Positions 28,797-41,949 of a stretch of DNA of 64,000 bases are shown one piece after another; the first letter of the stretch is position 1, and every line of letters starts with the position of its first letter. Source of the DNA: Octopus vulgaris (lineage: Eukaryota). The translations under genes and the position numbers were made by a program. The stretch is taken from contig OX597816.1 in NCBI GenBank assembly GCA_951406725.2, positions 110,670,001 to 110,734,000 on the forward strand, written 5' to 3'. The notes under the pieces are model-generated. The model ran no database searches and had not been told where the DNA came from. It saw only the letters and a program-made list of their open reading frames with translations.

Positions 28797-28927
28797 TGTG
28801 TGCGTGCGCGTGTGTATATGTGTATGTACGCACGTGTGTGTGAGAGAGAGAGAGATTGAAATGACACTATTTTACAAATATATATTGCCTTTCAAACTAA
28901 AAAAGTTCAGTTACAATACCGAAAGCA

Positions 28928-29026
<99 letters not shown>

Positions 29027-29056
29027 GCTACTACTACTACTACTACTAATACTACA
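28928..29056. repeat. (CTA)n microsatellite
   Basis: Direct reading; source of the poly-Y/poly-V ORFs. Confidence 0.98.
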
Positions 29057-29342
29057 ACTGAAATATATATGTGTTTGTGTCTGTATGTGTGTGTATGCGT
29101 GTGTCTGTGTGTGCGTGCCTGTATGTGAATGTGTATTATATAGGTAGTCCCAGTAGCCAATATATCAGCAGAAACAACTTATTACTGGGGTTATTATGAT
29201 CAGGTCCTCACATCCGCACATCCAAGTGCGCATACACGTTTATGAACACACATCTAAAAATAAAAATTAACTTATACACATATAAATACAACGGACAGAA
29301 TTATCCTCTTTAATGACAGACTTAGCAATATAATTAAAAAAC

Positions 29343-29395
<53 letters not shown>

Positions 29396-29502
29396 ACATA
29401 GCGTCACACGTCTGTTTGCCTTGAAGCTATTAATATTGAATACTGATTAGTAGAGAACGTACCACATATGCAGGACATACACGGGATAGAACTCGTATAA
29501 TA

Positions 29503-29724
29503 TATTGAGTTTAAATTTTGGCACAGTGCCATTAATTTGAGATGAGTCGACTATATCGACTCCATTTTCCAGAAGCTATTTATGTTATCGAAGGATACTT
29601 ATTTTATACGAAGGATGAAACGCAAGATCAACCTCGGCCGAATTTCAATTCAGATCATGAAGATAGACGAAATATCGGTAAATCATTTTGTCCGCATTGG
29701 TAACGATTCTGCAAGCTCGCCACT
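29503..29724 (-). mobile_element. SINE family B copy
   Basis: Reverse complement begins gtggcgagcttgcagaatcgtta and ends gtgccaaaatttaaac; tataatatatt occurs on both flanks (possible TSD). Confidence 0.82.
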
Positions 29725-30749
29725 TTAATTTGTATAATATATTAGAATAAAATATATGCTTCTAGCAGAAATCCTTTTTATATATGATTTTGTGAATTTT
29801 ATTAATTTTTTATTTGATTTTACGCTTTTCAGACTGCCAAAAGATATCAAATGAACATTCATATTACGTTTGTGCTGCCGCATTACTCTAATGATTTCTC
29901 AGAAAATGTTATTAAATATGCTTTCAAATTTTATTCTAAAGAAAACAATTTCACTAACAAAAGCATAGTTTTTATTGTATTGCAAACCACTGCTAAATAA
30001 TTCATTTTTCTGTTTTATTTAGATATGCAAGTTTATTAAGAATTCTTGAAATATAGCCATTTCGTCTAAAGACATGTATATTCAGTTCAAAACTTAAAGC
30101 CAATTTACTTTTAACTAAAAAATAATTTCTCATGTAGATTTATAGATCGATCTTAGCGATTGTATGATATTTTATAAATAGCGAATTTTCTTCCCAATAA
30201 TATCTACCGATTTAAATATATGATAGGGCGATTTTTCGATGCAAGATTTAGTGAGAAAGGAATGCCATGTTAGGCATATTTCAGAGAAAGAAGACTTAAT
30301 GCTTCCAACCGGAATTTTCATGGGAATGTAATGGAAGACGCAATAATCAAAGATATTTATGTTGTAATTAACTAACAATTGGAAGACTGTTGTTAATATT
30401 CAGTTTCAATTTCTCTACTTAACCACAGTGGATAATGTTTTAGTAATGATATTTCGTGTGTAACATTAGAATGTGTCAGAATGTGACTGCTAAATAGTCA
30501 TTAAAAAGACATTACACAAACTGTTCGGGCTAACTCTGGCAGATTGCATAAAAAGAAAAGAAGATACAATATCCCAATTAAAAATTCAGGTACTTTTAAA
30601 TATTATATATATATATATATATACCAGATTAAGAGAGGAACATAACAGTTGACAATAAGTATCCGCCCTCAGCTTCCACCACTGCTTTATGCAGGAACAT
30701 GGTACATGCATTTTTCATTGTGTGCAAAGTTATGAGTTTACTGATGATA

Positions 30750-31614
30750 AGAGGTGGAATCAAAAAGTTACCAGACTAGTTCTGTAACCCGCCAACAAAT
30801 GCATGCGCAATCAGAGCTAACAGCGACCCTTATGAGGCAGTGTGCCGAGTGACATTGCTGTGTGTACATCACAAGTTGTGAAATTTGTGTTTTTGTGATC
30901 ACGTGTATGCTGCAGTCTACAATTTTTGAAATGGGCAGGAAGTTGAAACAAACAGCCAACGTGAATTTTTACGTTAAACTTGGGAATCCACTACAGTGAC
31001 ATTGAGCATGCTTCGGCAAGCTTAAAGCGACAAAGAACAGGTTGCACGGCATGAGAACGTCACTGGAAGACGTTGAGCGATCTGGAAGATCAGCTACGAG
31101 CGTCACCACGAGAAATATGATATTGAGCATCGCGGATTTGTTTACCAGGGCCTGACCGTTAATTGAGAGGAGAGTCCTACCGCGAAGTTTTGAAGCTTTT
31201 GAAGGGAGACATTCGATGAAAGCTACGACATCTGTGGAACGCGAAGAATCGGATTCTTCACCGAGCTCTACCCACTTATGAGTTTCTCGCCAAAAACAAC
31301 ATAGTATTGCTTTCACATCTGCCATATTCGCCAGATTTAGCATCTACGGACTTCCATCGTTTTTCCCTAGATGAAGATGTAACTTAAAGAGTGCCGTTAT
31401 AACACCGTTATCGAGATTAAGAGCTAATTGCAAATAATCTTCGATTTGCCTGCAGAAAACAACTTCCAGCCGGATTGCAAAAGTGCTGGAGCGCTGGGAC
31501 AGATGCATTGTTGTGCGAAAGTGACTATTTCAAAGGTGATTTTGGTCAAACTTAGGAAAATAAGTTACTTCTTATCAAACATAACTATTCCGGGAAGTTG
31601 TTGATGGCACCTCG
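30750..31614 (+). mobile_element. mariner transposon, internally deleted
   Basis: TA-flanked TIRs agaggtggaatcaaaaagttaccagactagtt / aactattccgggaagttgttgatggcacctcg. Motifs QTANVNFYVKLG, SLEDVERSGRS, PYSPDLASTDF. Confidence 0.9.
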
Positions 31615-32834
31615 TATATTATGTTAAAGATATTTAAAATGATATAATCATCCATGTTTTTATCTGGTCGATGACCGGATATTTTATTTTCGAAAACGAA
31701 ACCAACTTCCATAAGTCTACAAGTTAAACTAATGCGCTGCTGCTTGACAATCCAATATCTGGTAATTATATATATAGAATTTCCAGTGCATTACCCAAGG
31801 CTTTTTCCTGAAATCTCTGAAATGTCGTCGTGTCTCTCCATGTACGCCTCTGGAATCCACAGTTCCTATGGCGTTTTCGTAATATCCTCGTACATGAAGG
31901 AAATAGTTGCAATGTGTTAAGGATCAATAATGAAACCGGCTGTGAACCACTGTTCATTAAAACATTAAGTTCAGCATTTTTCGCAGCATTTCATATTTTG
32001 TATCTGTGTCAACTCTTTCCCGGAAAATGCAAGCTTTTGTTAAAGCACCTTATTCGACTCATACCGAAAAAAACACACGTTTAATTTGTGTGATGTGATA
32101 TATCTGTGCAGATTTGTTCAGAGTTAAGTGATATAAAAAAGGATGCTTTAAATTGTTTTTCCTTTTGTATGCATCCTAAACGGTGAAATGGAAGATGTGG
32201 GTTGTCTGTAGTGTGACATCAAACACTACTTTGTGTTATTTGGAGTGAAAACTTTTCTTACATATGGCAGCTGCTTTTTTCTTAGCGAAGCTGATAATCA
32301 AATTTTTCATTTCACATTAAAATTCTTCCAAGTTTAATGCCATGCAGTGATATATTAATCACTAGCTACATTGCTTGTAATTAAATTTGCAATGAATAAA
32401 GTTACAGTTTTACAGACACACACACACACATACACACACACAAACACGCACACATGCATACTCCGAAACACACACATACACAGACATACAGATATCTTCA
32501 TCTCAGAAATGTACTCAGATCATAAAATATCGCCTAATTTATCGTACATGCATTATTCATAAAGCAACCAGGAGATCATTACAGGTGGAACATTTCTATT
32601 TGACCAATGAAATCATGGGTAACCCGGATGCATATTTCAAATATAAGTGTGTTTGAATGTATACACACAGAGACATCAGTATGCATCTATATATTCATAT
32701 ATATATGTATATACGAGTGTCTCTGAGTGCACATATATATGCAAACATTCCAGCGTATATTGTTGGATCACGATTTCGCATTTTGATTTAAAACTGTAAT
32801 ATTTTAAGCTAATGCAACTAGAAGCAACTACTGT

Positions 32835-32935
32835 AAAAATATCCAAGAAACTACGAAGCATCAGAGCAGTTGTCAATATTATTTGCTCCAGCTGGCTCCT
32901 TTGAATACCTATACCCACTCGCATTTCAGCTAACA
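32835..32935 (-). mobile_element. R4/Dong-like ORF extreme C-terminus fragment
   Basis: QLEQIILTTALMLRSFL resembles the terminal TA.ILR.VL motif also seen near 650 and 52960. Confidence 0.35.
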
Positions 32936-33719
32936 ACAGAGTAGATACATCTTATATCACATCCAATTGTCAATTCCTTTTCCTACTTAATACCCCAGGA
33001 ATCTAATCTCATATATTACCTAACGACCAATCACCACTCTGAATCCTTTTTAACATGTGCATTATAGAAATAAAAATGAAACATTGCGCGCACAAAGGGT
33101 TACGCAACGCTTCGCGCAAAACCTCCTTTTGAATGCATCAAATCTGGTAAATGTATTCAAGAATATTTCGCTAGGTAACCCACACACCAAGTGTATCAAT
33201 GAATTCAAAGCCTACTTTATTACTGGTGGAAGGTGTGAGAGTATCATCATTCTCACCTCGCTACGGTTGATGAGCTGCAGAGAGATAATTATCCTGACAT
33301 AAAGGAGAGGAGATATAAGCAGTTTAAATATACAAGTCTTCGATACCCAAGAGGCTAAAAAGTATCAGCAGAAAGGCACCTCGCAGTCATGACCTGGATG
33401 CGGGTTGGCCTCTGAAAATGTAAGACGTTAAGGGCTGAAACACTTGCCTTGGTGGGGTTTGTATTTTTCCACCAGATATCGCTATGCAGAGAAATGAATA
33501 TATGTTTATCGGGAAAAGAAAGCTGTATGGGGAAGGACTGAGAAATAAATTGTAAAAAAATATCGGAGAAGACACAAGTAATTAAAAGTAAATAACTAAG
33601 AAGCAATAGATAAATAACAGCAAATTAAATGAAATACGAAATGTTATTTGAACACTTGCATATTGATCGACAGTAAGGCAGGAGTTTATCATACAGTATT
33701 TTGCAAACGTTGTTTATGT

Positions 33720-34560
33720 GAATTATTTAGTCTGAGATAAGTGACCCACAATTAGCCTCGTAGTGTTGAAGCGGAAGTATATTTGTGGATTATGAATGAT
33801 GCTAGCGTGGGAGGCATGATGATAACTAGCACTTGATTAACAATGTTGAAACTATCTACTACCGCTGACATCAGCGACGGGCTCTTTGTAAACACATTAT
33901 CTTTCTGGCACAGTTTGGATATTAATTTAGAATTATGCAACAAGCTTGACGTATAACAAAAAAGAAATGAAGTAATCTAGCCTATAAATCAAAACTAATG
34001 AGATCACTGTTGCTAGATCTTTCAATCACCAAACAATATTTTGGCTCACTTTTCATAAAGCAATTTTTTTATCGGAGAAAAACCAGCGTATTCCATCCTC
34101 TTAGTGATTTAGCTTGTTTAGTAAATGTTTTGCACAGATCGATCAATTCTCTTGTTGCATCAGACATTAACTGACCCCTCCGCATCACACACGACTTGTG
34201 CCGGATGTTTTTTATGCACAACTCCTCTGATGGTGTATTCTGAAAACCTAAACATCGATTGCAATGGCACTTTTGACTTTCCTGAGGTTTTACCGATTAT
34301 TTCTAGGACATTTTACACAAAGTCATGTTTTCTTATGGCATTAGATCCCTGTGCATGACATGTATTTATATCTAACTGCTGGTTTTGGATGCACGTCATC
34401 AGCTTCTCTTGAACTTTGACAACGAAAGATCGGAAAACTTTCCGGTAGCGAGCTATTTCTGTTTCACTATACTACTTTTAAGACAACGATTATAACGCGC
34501 TTTTTCATTTGATGTGTCAAATTGACGCTATTTGATGTATCAGTTTGACGCTATATATCT
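33720..34560 (-). mobile_element. IS630/Tc1/mariner remnant, DD37D/maT-like, internally deleted
   Basis: Minus strand: EIAR..KV.RSFVVKVQEKL, YTIRGVVH..IRHKSCVMRRGQLMS, KHLLNKLNH*EDGIRWFFSDKKN. The FSDE-like first catalytic block is visible, but the D-D spacing cannot be measured. Confidence 0.75.
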
Positions 34561-34691
34561 AAAAAGTAAGTTGGAAAAATATGGAAGGAAGGCAGAGCTT
34601 TTGAAAGCAGCGTCCTCAGAAACCTAACGCAGCTTGTATGTCGTATTCACAGATCCATATACTTAACTGGGAACCAGGTTACAATTTTTGA

Positions 34692-34908
34692 TATTGGTAT
34701 CAAATTTTGGCACAAGACCAGCAATTAGGTAGAAGTGTGTAAGCCGATTATATCGACACCATTATTCAAATGGAACTTATTTTATTGACACCCAAAGGAG
34801 AAATTGCAAAATTGACCTCAGCGGAATTTGAACACAGGACGTAGAGATGGGCGAAATGCTTCTAAGCATTTTGCTAGACATGCTAATTATTCTAGCAATT
34901 CGCAGCTT
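34692..34908 (-). mobile_element. SINE family B copy
   Basis: The reverse complement contains ttcaaattccgctgaggtcaattttgc and ends cttgtgccaaaatttgatacc. Confidence 0.82.
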
Positions 34909-34961
34909 TAATTACTGTTTTTAATATTAAAGTATTACCCTAAGGCAGATATAATATCAAA

Positions 34962-35142
34962 TTAGATCATTTCGGCGTCAATAAAATAGGTACCATTTGA
35001 AGACTGGGATCGATACAATCTATTAGACACTTCTCCCTAACGTTGTTGGACTTATGCTAAAATTTGAAACCAGTATTAGAGAATTAAATCAAGGGAACTG
35101 GCATATTCGTTAGGACGCCGAGCAAAATGCATAGCTGCATTT
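34962..35142 (+). mobile_element. SINE family B fragments (3' half followed by a 5' piece)
   Basis: atcatttcggcgtcaataaaataggtacca...aaaatttgaaacc, then gaactggcatattcgttaggacgccgagcaaaatgc. Confidence 0.7.
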
Positions 35143-36831
35143 AGTTCTTAAAACTGATTTGTTTGTTCTAAGTATATTCGTAAATAATGCTCTGTAATAA
35201 TTAAAGTTCTTAAACTGCAGTTTACATCAATTGAGATGTTCTATAGTTTCGGCAATTTTGCTTAGACACGCTCTAGGTACATTGTTTACTGTCCACGCTT
35301 TGTATTATTGGAATATAATATATCATCTGATAAAATCATTTACTACACATTAGGGTTTGAAACAGCTTTAGTTTTATTTTAGTATTCTTTTAAGAAGTTG
35401 ACCTAAAGAATTCCGTGATAGTTTCTGTAATGGATCATCATTAATGCATTGACGTTGCCATCTCTCAACCATATGAATGTGTATCTATATACATGCATAC
35501 AAGCACACACATGCATATATCTACATGTATATATATGCATGTGTTAGAAGGAGATCGAATGCTGTTTCGATATAGATACACACACTTACACAAACATATA
35601 CCTATAAAAGTGCGCAGTATCCTGTGGTCAGTGGACGTTGCCACTGATTTAGGAATATAGAGAGATTTCGAATAGCCTATTGAATAACTGTCCGTCGAGG
35701 CTCATTGTGAAACATTATGTTTCAGATTATGCACTTCGTACTCGCATAACTGCATGGGAAGAATGTCTCAATAACACCATGGAGGATAAATAGAGCAAAA
35801 CATACATGCGTTCGGATACTTGTAAATTTGAAAGTGGGCATCTAGTATCACTTTCCCTTAGATATTTTGTCGCATTTGGAAGATAATATTTTACAATGCA
35901 ATATTAAGTGATAGATAAAGGAAACCGTTTTAAACAAATATAAAAAAAATATGTACAAAATTTTCTGGTGTGTGAAGCAGAATGTTGATTACCACAAATA
36001 TTTCAATTAGAAGTTGTCATAGACCATTATTACGATACAGTTACGTGATGGTAGATGTTTCTAAACAATCTATGTTATGCAACTGTATCTATGTAAGAAA
36101 GCTAATCTACAAATGGGAGATAAATTTGTTAAATATGTGGTCAAGATAAATGTAAGAGAACTGTTACAAAGTGCTTCCTTAAATGTAAACAAAAAAGATC
36201 CTCATGGGTGTCTGTATGTTTGTGTATGCGTGTATGTATATAAGTATGCTCAAATATATGTGTGTGCGCGCGTGTGTGTAATTATATGGTAACAAGTACA
36301 GGGGTAAATGTATATGTGTATATGCTTGCAACAGAAACATATGTGAACCTTTATAGAGTTAAAATATCCTAAGTTTTCAGTTTTCGTCTTTCTCAAAATC
36401 AGTGAGAAATATTATTGATTCTCAAGTAGAACTTAAAACTATCCACGCATATTATACTTCTGAAAATGTAAACTGCTGCACTTGTTATTGTTACTAAATA
36501 TTTGAGATGCAGTCAAAACAAGATGGAGGAGACATTTGGCATATTTGAAAGCCCAATACAAATTCTTATACTGCATTTAAGACTCCAACTGGTTATACAA
36601 TACACTTTTTGCTTTCTCTATTGTGGCTAAGGGTCATATCATTATTACAAAGTATCACTTTCAACAATGAGACGTAAAGAATAGAAAATAATCACACACT
36701 CAGACATACAAATAGGGTTAGCTTTATATGTGTGTGTGTCTGTGTGCGTGCACGTGTGTGAGTGTCAATGTCTATACTATATATATATATATGTATACTC
36801 TACTTATGTATATATATATACGTTAATACAC

Positions 36832-36872
<41 letters not shown>

Positions 36873-37693
36873 TACATATATACATATCTAACAGTCAGGC
36901 AGTCAATATACAATCAATAAAATATCTAAATTTGATATTAACTTGTCACCAAACAAAGATATTTTGTTTTCTACCTATTATTTTCCCATCTTAATATATC
37001 ATTCGGTGAGACATTATTCTTTGTTTCGGAACTTTTCAATTTTTATTGCAAATCTAACTGTCCTTGTGTCACATTTATCATCTATTCAATATAAAAACTG
37101 CTTTACCATAAAACACTAATAGTCTCTATCAATTGGTATCAATTTACGTGATTTAAAGTATTTATAAGTATTTTGCGGAGCGAAGTATAAATCGCTCTGT
37201 TTGTGTTTATGTCCAAGTCTATATAATGTACGTGTGTTTGTGAAGCCTATAGGTTCGATTGTATAGAAGCCATTACATAAATATATATATACATATCAAT
37301 ACAGTATTTTAGTAAGCACTTACATCGTTCGTGTCTCTTACAAACTTTGGACATTGTTTAAAAACATGGAATATTATTTAAATATTTAAATCTTACTCAG
37401 AATGCGTTGATAAATTCCTGTTAAAAATTTTCTGATATCCGTCTTCATTTCTCTCACCTATCGCTTTATCTCTCTCTCCCTCCGCACCTCTATATTTCTA
37501 TCCATTTATCTATCTATCTCACTTTGGAGACATTTTCTGACATCATCGCATCTTTGGACTGCACCAACAGATATTCACATCAGTCTTCAAACATATATTC
37601 GACTATATAGATATAGGTTGAATACTTTATAAGTGTAAGCACCTGTATATGCCAGATAGTGGCAGAGGTGAGAGAGTATTTATCAAATAAGAT

Positions 37694-37724
37694 CAAAAAC
37701 AGAACACATTGTGTTCTGTTTTTG
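37694..37724. repeat. Perfect 15-bp inverted repeat with 1-nt spacer
   Basis: caaaaacagaacaca-t-tgtgttctgtttttg. Confidence 0.95.
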
Positions 37725-37821
37725 GTTTCTACTTGATATATATATATATATGTATATAAACCATCTTCAATTAAAGCGTTTCAAGACTCTTATACCATGC
37801 ACCAACTCTTAGCGTAACACA

Positions 37822-37855
<34 letters not shown>

Positions 37856-38137
37856 GATCAACAAAAGCGTTGATCTGTTATGAAAATATGAGTATCGAAT
37901 GGGGTAGTTTAACAAAATTGCAGACCTACATTGCGAACAGCATTGAGACTATACTTATCAAATATCAATCATTAAAGGCAGACTACATCTTCCGCATGAA
38001 TAGTATCTCACCACGAAGTCAAGTCCATAACAACGGACTTTGTACAGGCAACAAATCACATCATTGCCCCGATGTGTCACTATAAACAGAATAGAGTGGT
38101 GTTAGAAAACATCGATGAAGATATGAAGTTATACGGC

Positions 38138-38328
38138 TACGCCGTCACCAACCATTAGAGTTGACTTCTCCAGATAATTATTCCGCGCAAAATTTCGGTT
38201 TGACAGCCATCAAAGTCACCAACGTGAAAAAAATTAGCACAGACGAAGTATTTCGAAAAGAGAAAGTATACGGAAACGAAGAGCCTACAGACACACAGTC
38301 ACATACACGTACACGCACATACACACAC

Positions 38329-38367
<39 letters not shown>

Positions 38368-38542
38368 CACACATATACATATATGTAGGCTCTTCTTCCT
38401 TTCCGTATACTTTCTCTTTTCGGAATACTTACTAAGTTTGTCCTTATTTATTTTCAGGTCGGTGTCTTTGATGGCTAACAAAACTAGAATTTGCGAGGAA
38501 TAATCATCTGGGAACTCAGCACTAATGGTCAGTGGCGGCATA
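38138..38542. repeat. About 150-bp diverged inverted repeat pair enclosing a (CA)n microsatellite
   Basis: 38138-38289 aligns end to end with the reverse complement of 38384-38542 (e.g. gaaaagagaaagtatacggaaa, gaagagcctaca, agccatcaaag). Confidence 0.92.
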
Positions 38543-38748
38543 TATATATATATGCCGCCATATTTTTAAGAGAAAAAATTATAGATTTTTCCCTTAAGAG
38601 GTTTTTCACGCTAATTGATGATTTCTTATAACGATTTTATCGTCTTTTAAATTATATATATATATATATAATATGGTCGCCATGATAGGTCGTCAACCAC
38701 TACACACAATTTTTCCTCTCCTTGTTTCTCTCCTTGTTTTTTTTCTTT

Positions 38749-38790
38749 GTCCCTTTCTGTAGAAAGCGTAGGCTCGAAACGTAACAGGCT
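38749..38790 (+). ncRNA. Minimal hammerhead-like motif (variant core) in a (TA)n-bounded cassette
   Basis: CTGTAGA-a-agc-gtag-gct-c-GAAACGTA. Stem II and the palindromic ACGT stem III are present; the core has T in place of A6 and stem I is poor. Confidence 0.45.
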
Positions 38791-38878
38791 TTTTCTGTTC
38801 CTGAGCGTTTTACTAATACACCTGTTTGTTTTGTACACCACCTACCTTCGTCTTTTGTTTTTTTAGTAAACTTTCCCT

Positions 38879-38955
38879 ATATATATATATGTATGCATGT
38901 ATGTATGTATATATGTATGAATATATGTATGTATGTATGTATATATGTATGTATG

Positions 38956-39009
<54 letters not shown>

Positions 39010-39063
39010 TTTGTGTGTGAATGTGTGTATGTGTGTGAGTGTGTGTGTATGTGTGTGTGTATG
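38879..39063. repeat. (TATG)n/(TA)n/(TG)n compound microsatellite
   Basis: Direct reading. Confidence 0.95.
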
Positions 39064-40389
39064 TAACCCATTGAATACAAACTTCAAATTTAATCCAGAG
39101 ATGGTTCCAAGTGTAGCGTATACATAGCAAGGGACAACACAAAGGGAGTTTAAAAATACATATCACCTGTTTCGAAAGCATTTTATTCTTGCATTCTTAG
39201 ATCATGGCAGAAATTCATGATCTTCAAGTAATTTCAAACAAACATATAAGTAAGGCAGAAAAGACAAGTTGACTAGGTTACTAGACTATTTGTTGAGACA
39301 TGTGAAATCTTTTAAAACTGTAAAGCATATGAAGATTCCCTGTAAGACCCGTAAGGATAAATTTTAAAACTTACTTGATTTCTCAATTAGCTATCTTAGT
39401 TTACGGCCCTAGCTGGAGAATCAAGAAAGCCATAAATTATACAATATATAGAAGAAAATGTAAAAGAAAAGAGATGATGTAATTAAGACATCTCACAAAA
39501 GGTTCAGACTGCTACACTTACCCGACATTACGACATACAGTGTATATACTATAATAGCATCTTTTAATACATACATTAAAGATATGCATATACACACATG
39601 CAGAGTTATAAGTATAAGTACCTCTCCATACACGTACACACGGACACACACATATATGTAGGGGCACCCACACGCATATATGCGCTAGTACATACACACA
39701 AATATACTTATATACACAGAAAAAACATCCGTTCATCATTGTTCTGTCTTCATTTCATTAACACTAAGATTATATAATCAATCGTATGACTTCATCTATA
39801 TGTTTCCTGTTTTCATTTTCTTTTTTTCTTTTTCATTTTTATCTATTATCAACTTCTTGTTATTTATATCTCGTATATTCTGGAAGTGCTGATCGCTACA
39901 TTTTATTATGATTTATTTTGATTCTTTTCTCATTGTAATGTTTCATCAACACGTTATATAACACTAGAGTATGTAAGCCGTGCTCATATATCTTCCCCAA
40001 TATACATGTGAATGTGGAAAATATACGAGTGGATGAAAGTGTGGACATGAGCAACATGTATGTGTGTATGCGTATATCGGTATATAGGATTATACATACA
40101 TAAATACATACATATACGAGTATATGTATATGCGTACGCGTATGGGTTTCCACACGCACACACACACACACACACACACATTAAAGAATGTATGTGTATA
40201 TTGTTACTTAGAGTAGTTACATATAAAATAAACATGGATGCGTTTTCTGATCACAAGAGCAATTGATTTGGGCAAATAGAATTTTAAAATATATGTATGG
40301 ATATATGTAGACAAGTGTATCTATAATGTGTTCTGAAATGTTAGTTCAGGCGGTGGGAATGACATCAAATCGCAGCTGTACTTTGACTA

Positions 40390-40935
40390 GATGTTAAGAC
40401 GCCACATCGTGCCCTTCTTCACGCGTCATCATAGCCACGTGTTCCAGCAGGACAATGCTTCCCCCCATACGGCCATGGTTACCATGGACATCCTACGTTA
40501 ACACAACATCAGAACCACGACGTGGCCGGCTCTCAGCCCGGATTTGAACCCAATTGAACACCTGCAGGATGAAATCCAGAGACAAAAAAACCAGGTGGTC
40601 CCAAGGCCGACAACTCGTGTGGAACTGGAGGCAGCTTTTCTCAGGATGTAGGCACAGGTGCCAATGGCTTTTGCGTACCGCCTCATGCAATCCATGTACA
40701 GACGGTCTATGGCCGATTTGAACACCCAAGTAGGGCATATACGGTATTGAACATGTCACGCCCTACAATCTCGATGTGCTGGATCCGCCCACTTCCAGAA
40801 CACATACATAGACTGTGGTCAAACAGAATCCAAGAAATTGACTTTAATAGATTTATCAAAATTTATCTCTGACATAAGGAAATTAAAACATATTTCACAA
40901 TGACACACGTCTCGCATTTCTTTTGCGGTTCAGTG
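40390..40935 (+). mobile_element. Tc1-like transposon 3' half (DDE domain + right end)
   Basis: HVFQQDNASPHTA...WPALSPDLNPIEHL (QQDNA / WPS.SPDLNPIE motifs); ends in gcggttcagtg followed by TA. Confidence 0.93.
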
Positions 40936-41319
40936 TAAATTGTCAAGTGCAAGAGCCTACTAATAAATTACAATATTTTTAATTAATTTCTGATATATTA
41001 AATGTTGCTTTTCAATTAATGCAAACAAATATTCTTGAGGCAACTTGCAAGAATAATATATTTTTACCTATCTAATTCTCTTTGCCATTGTTTTCGGTCA
41101 CAATTATCTGAAATACATGGTTGTATATTTTGTATCAATATATTTGCAGACTATGAATTAAAGCAAATTGACTTTCTCTTTCATTTGTCTTTCTCTTAAC
41201 CTATACACAAGCTTAATCACATCTGGTTAATTGCAGATCGTATATATAGTCTATACACATAAATATATACATTTTTCTGTCCGTACAGATACGTTTGCGT
41301 ACATATATGTATAGTCATT

Positions 41320-41730
41320 TATTCTTTTATTTGTTTCAACATTGCACGTGCGATCAAACTGGAGCACCAGATTTTGCATTTTCCATACCAGGCATCAGAA
41401 CTCCTGCTTGAACAAGATCCCTTGGTTGTTGACAAATTTTGGAATATGAGGGAATTTAACATTGCGGCCCATATCTGTATCGCATGCCAGGCTGTAGGTT
41501 AATCTACTATCGTGGATAGGAGGATGTCCAGTTCCCTTTTGAAGATATTTTCGTCCACATACTATACGTTTCTACATTTATTTTTCGGTAGAGCATTGAA
41601 GCGCTTTGAATCATAAGCTTTTGCGCTATATGGCTCTAGATGGAGTGAACAGTACCTTTAGTACAGTGAAATGGCGTCTAGTTTGGGCATTTGTGTAACA
41701 CGCGATGTCAAAATTAGGCACAGGTATTTC
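41320..41730 (-). mobile_element. CR1/L2-group LINE 3' end (ORF2 C-terminus + 3' UTR)
   Basis: Minus strand SKRFNALPK...VDENIFKRELDILLSTIVD*P (LFN.LP...FK..LD..L..I.D.P pattern), ending in tgaaacaaataaaagaataaa. Confidence 0.72.
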
Positions 41731-41949
41731 CAAAATTCTTCATATGCATATTATTACATATCTATTGTATCTTCGCTTCAGGGAATAAAGACATAGATTT
41801 TCATATGTATATACATACATGCATACATGCATATGTACATGGACAGATAGATAAGTAGATAGATATCTACATATATATATAAGTTTATATATTTGTGCGT
41901 GTGTACGTCTGTATAAATATATGTCTATCATATAAATTGGACATGGGCG

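Noticed and set aside
33130-33460. Possible PLE tail with ctgaaaatg...gaaac
   Set aside because: Too decayed; neither the protein nor the RNA motif is supportable.
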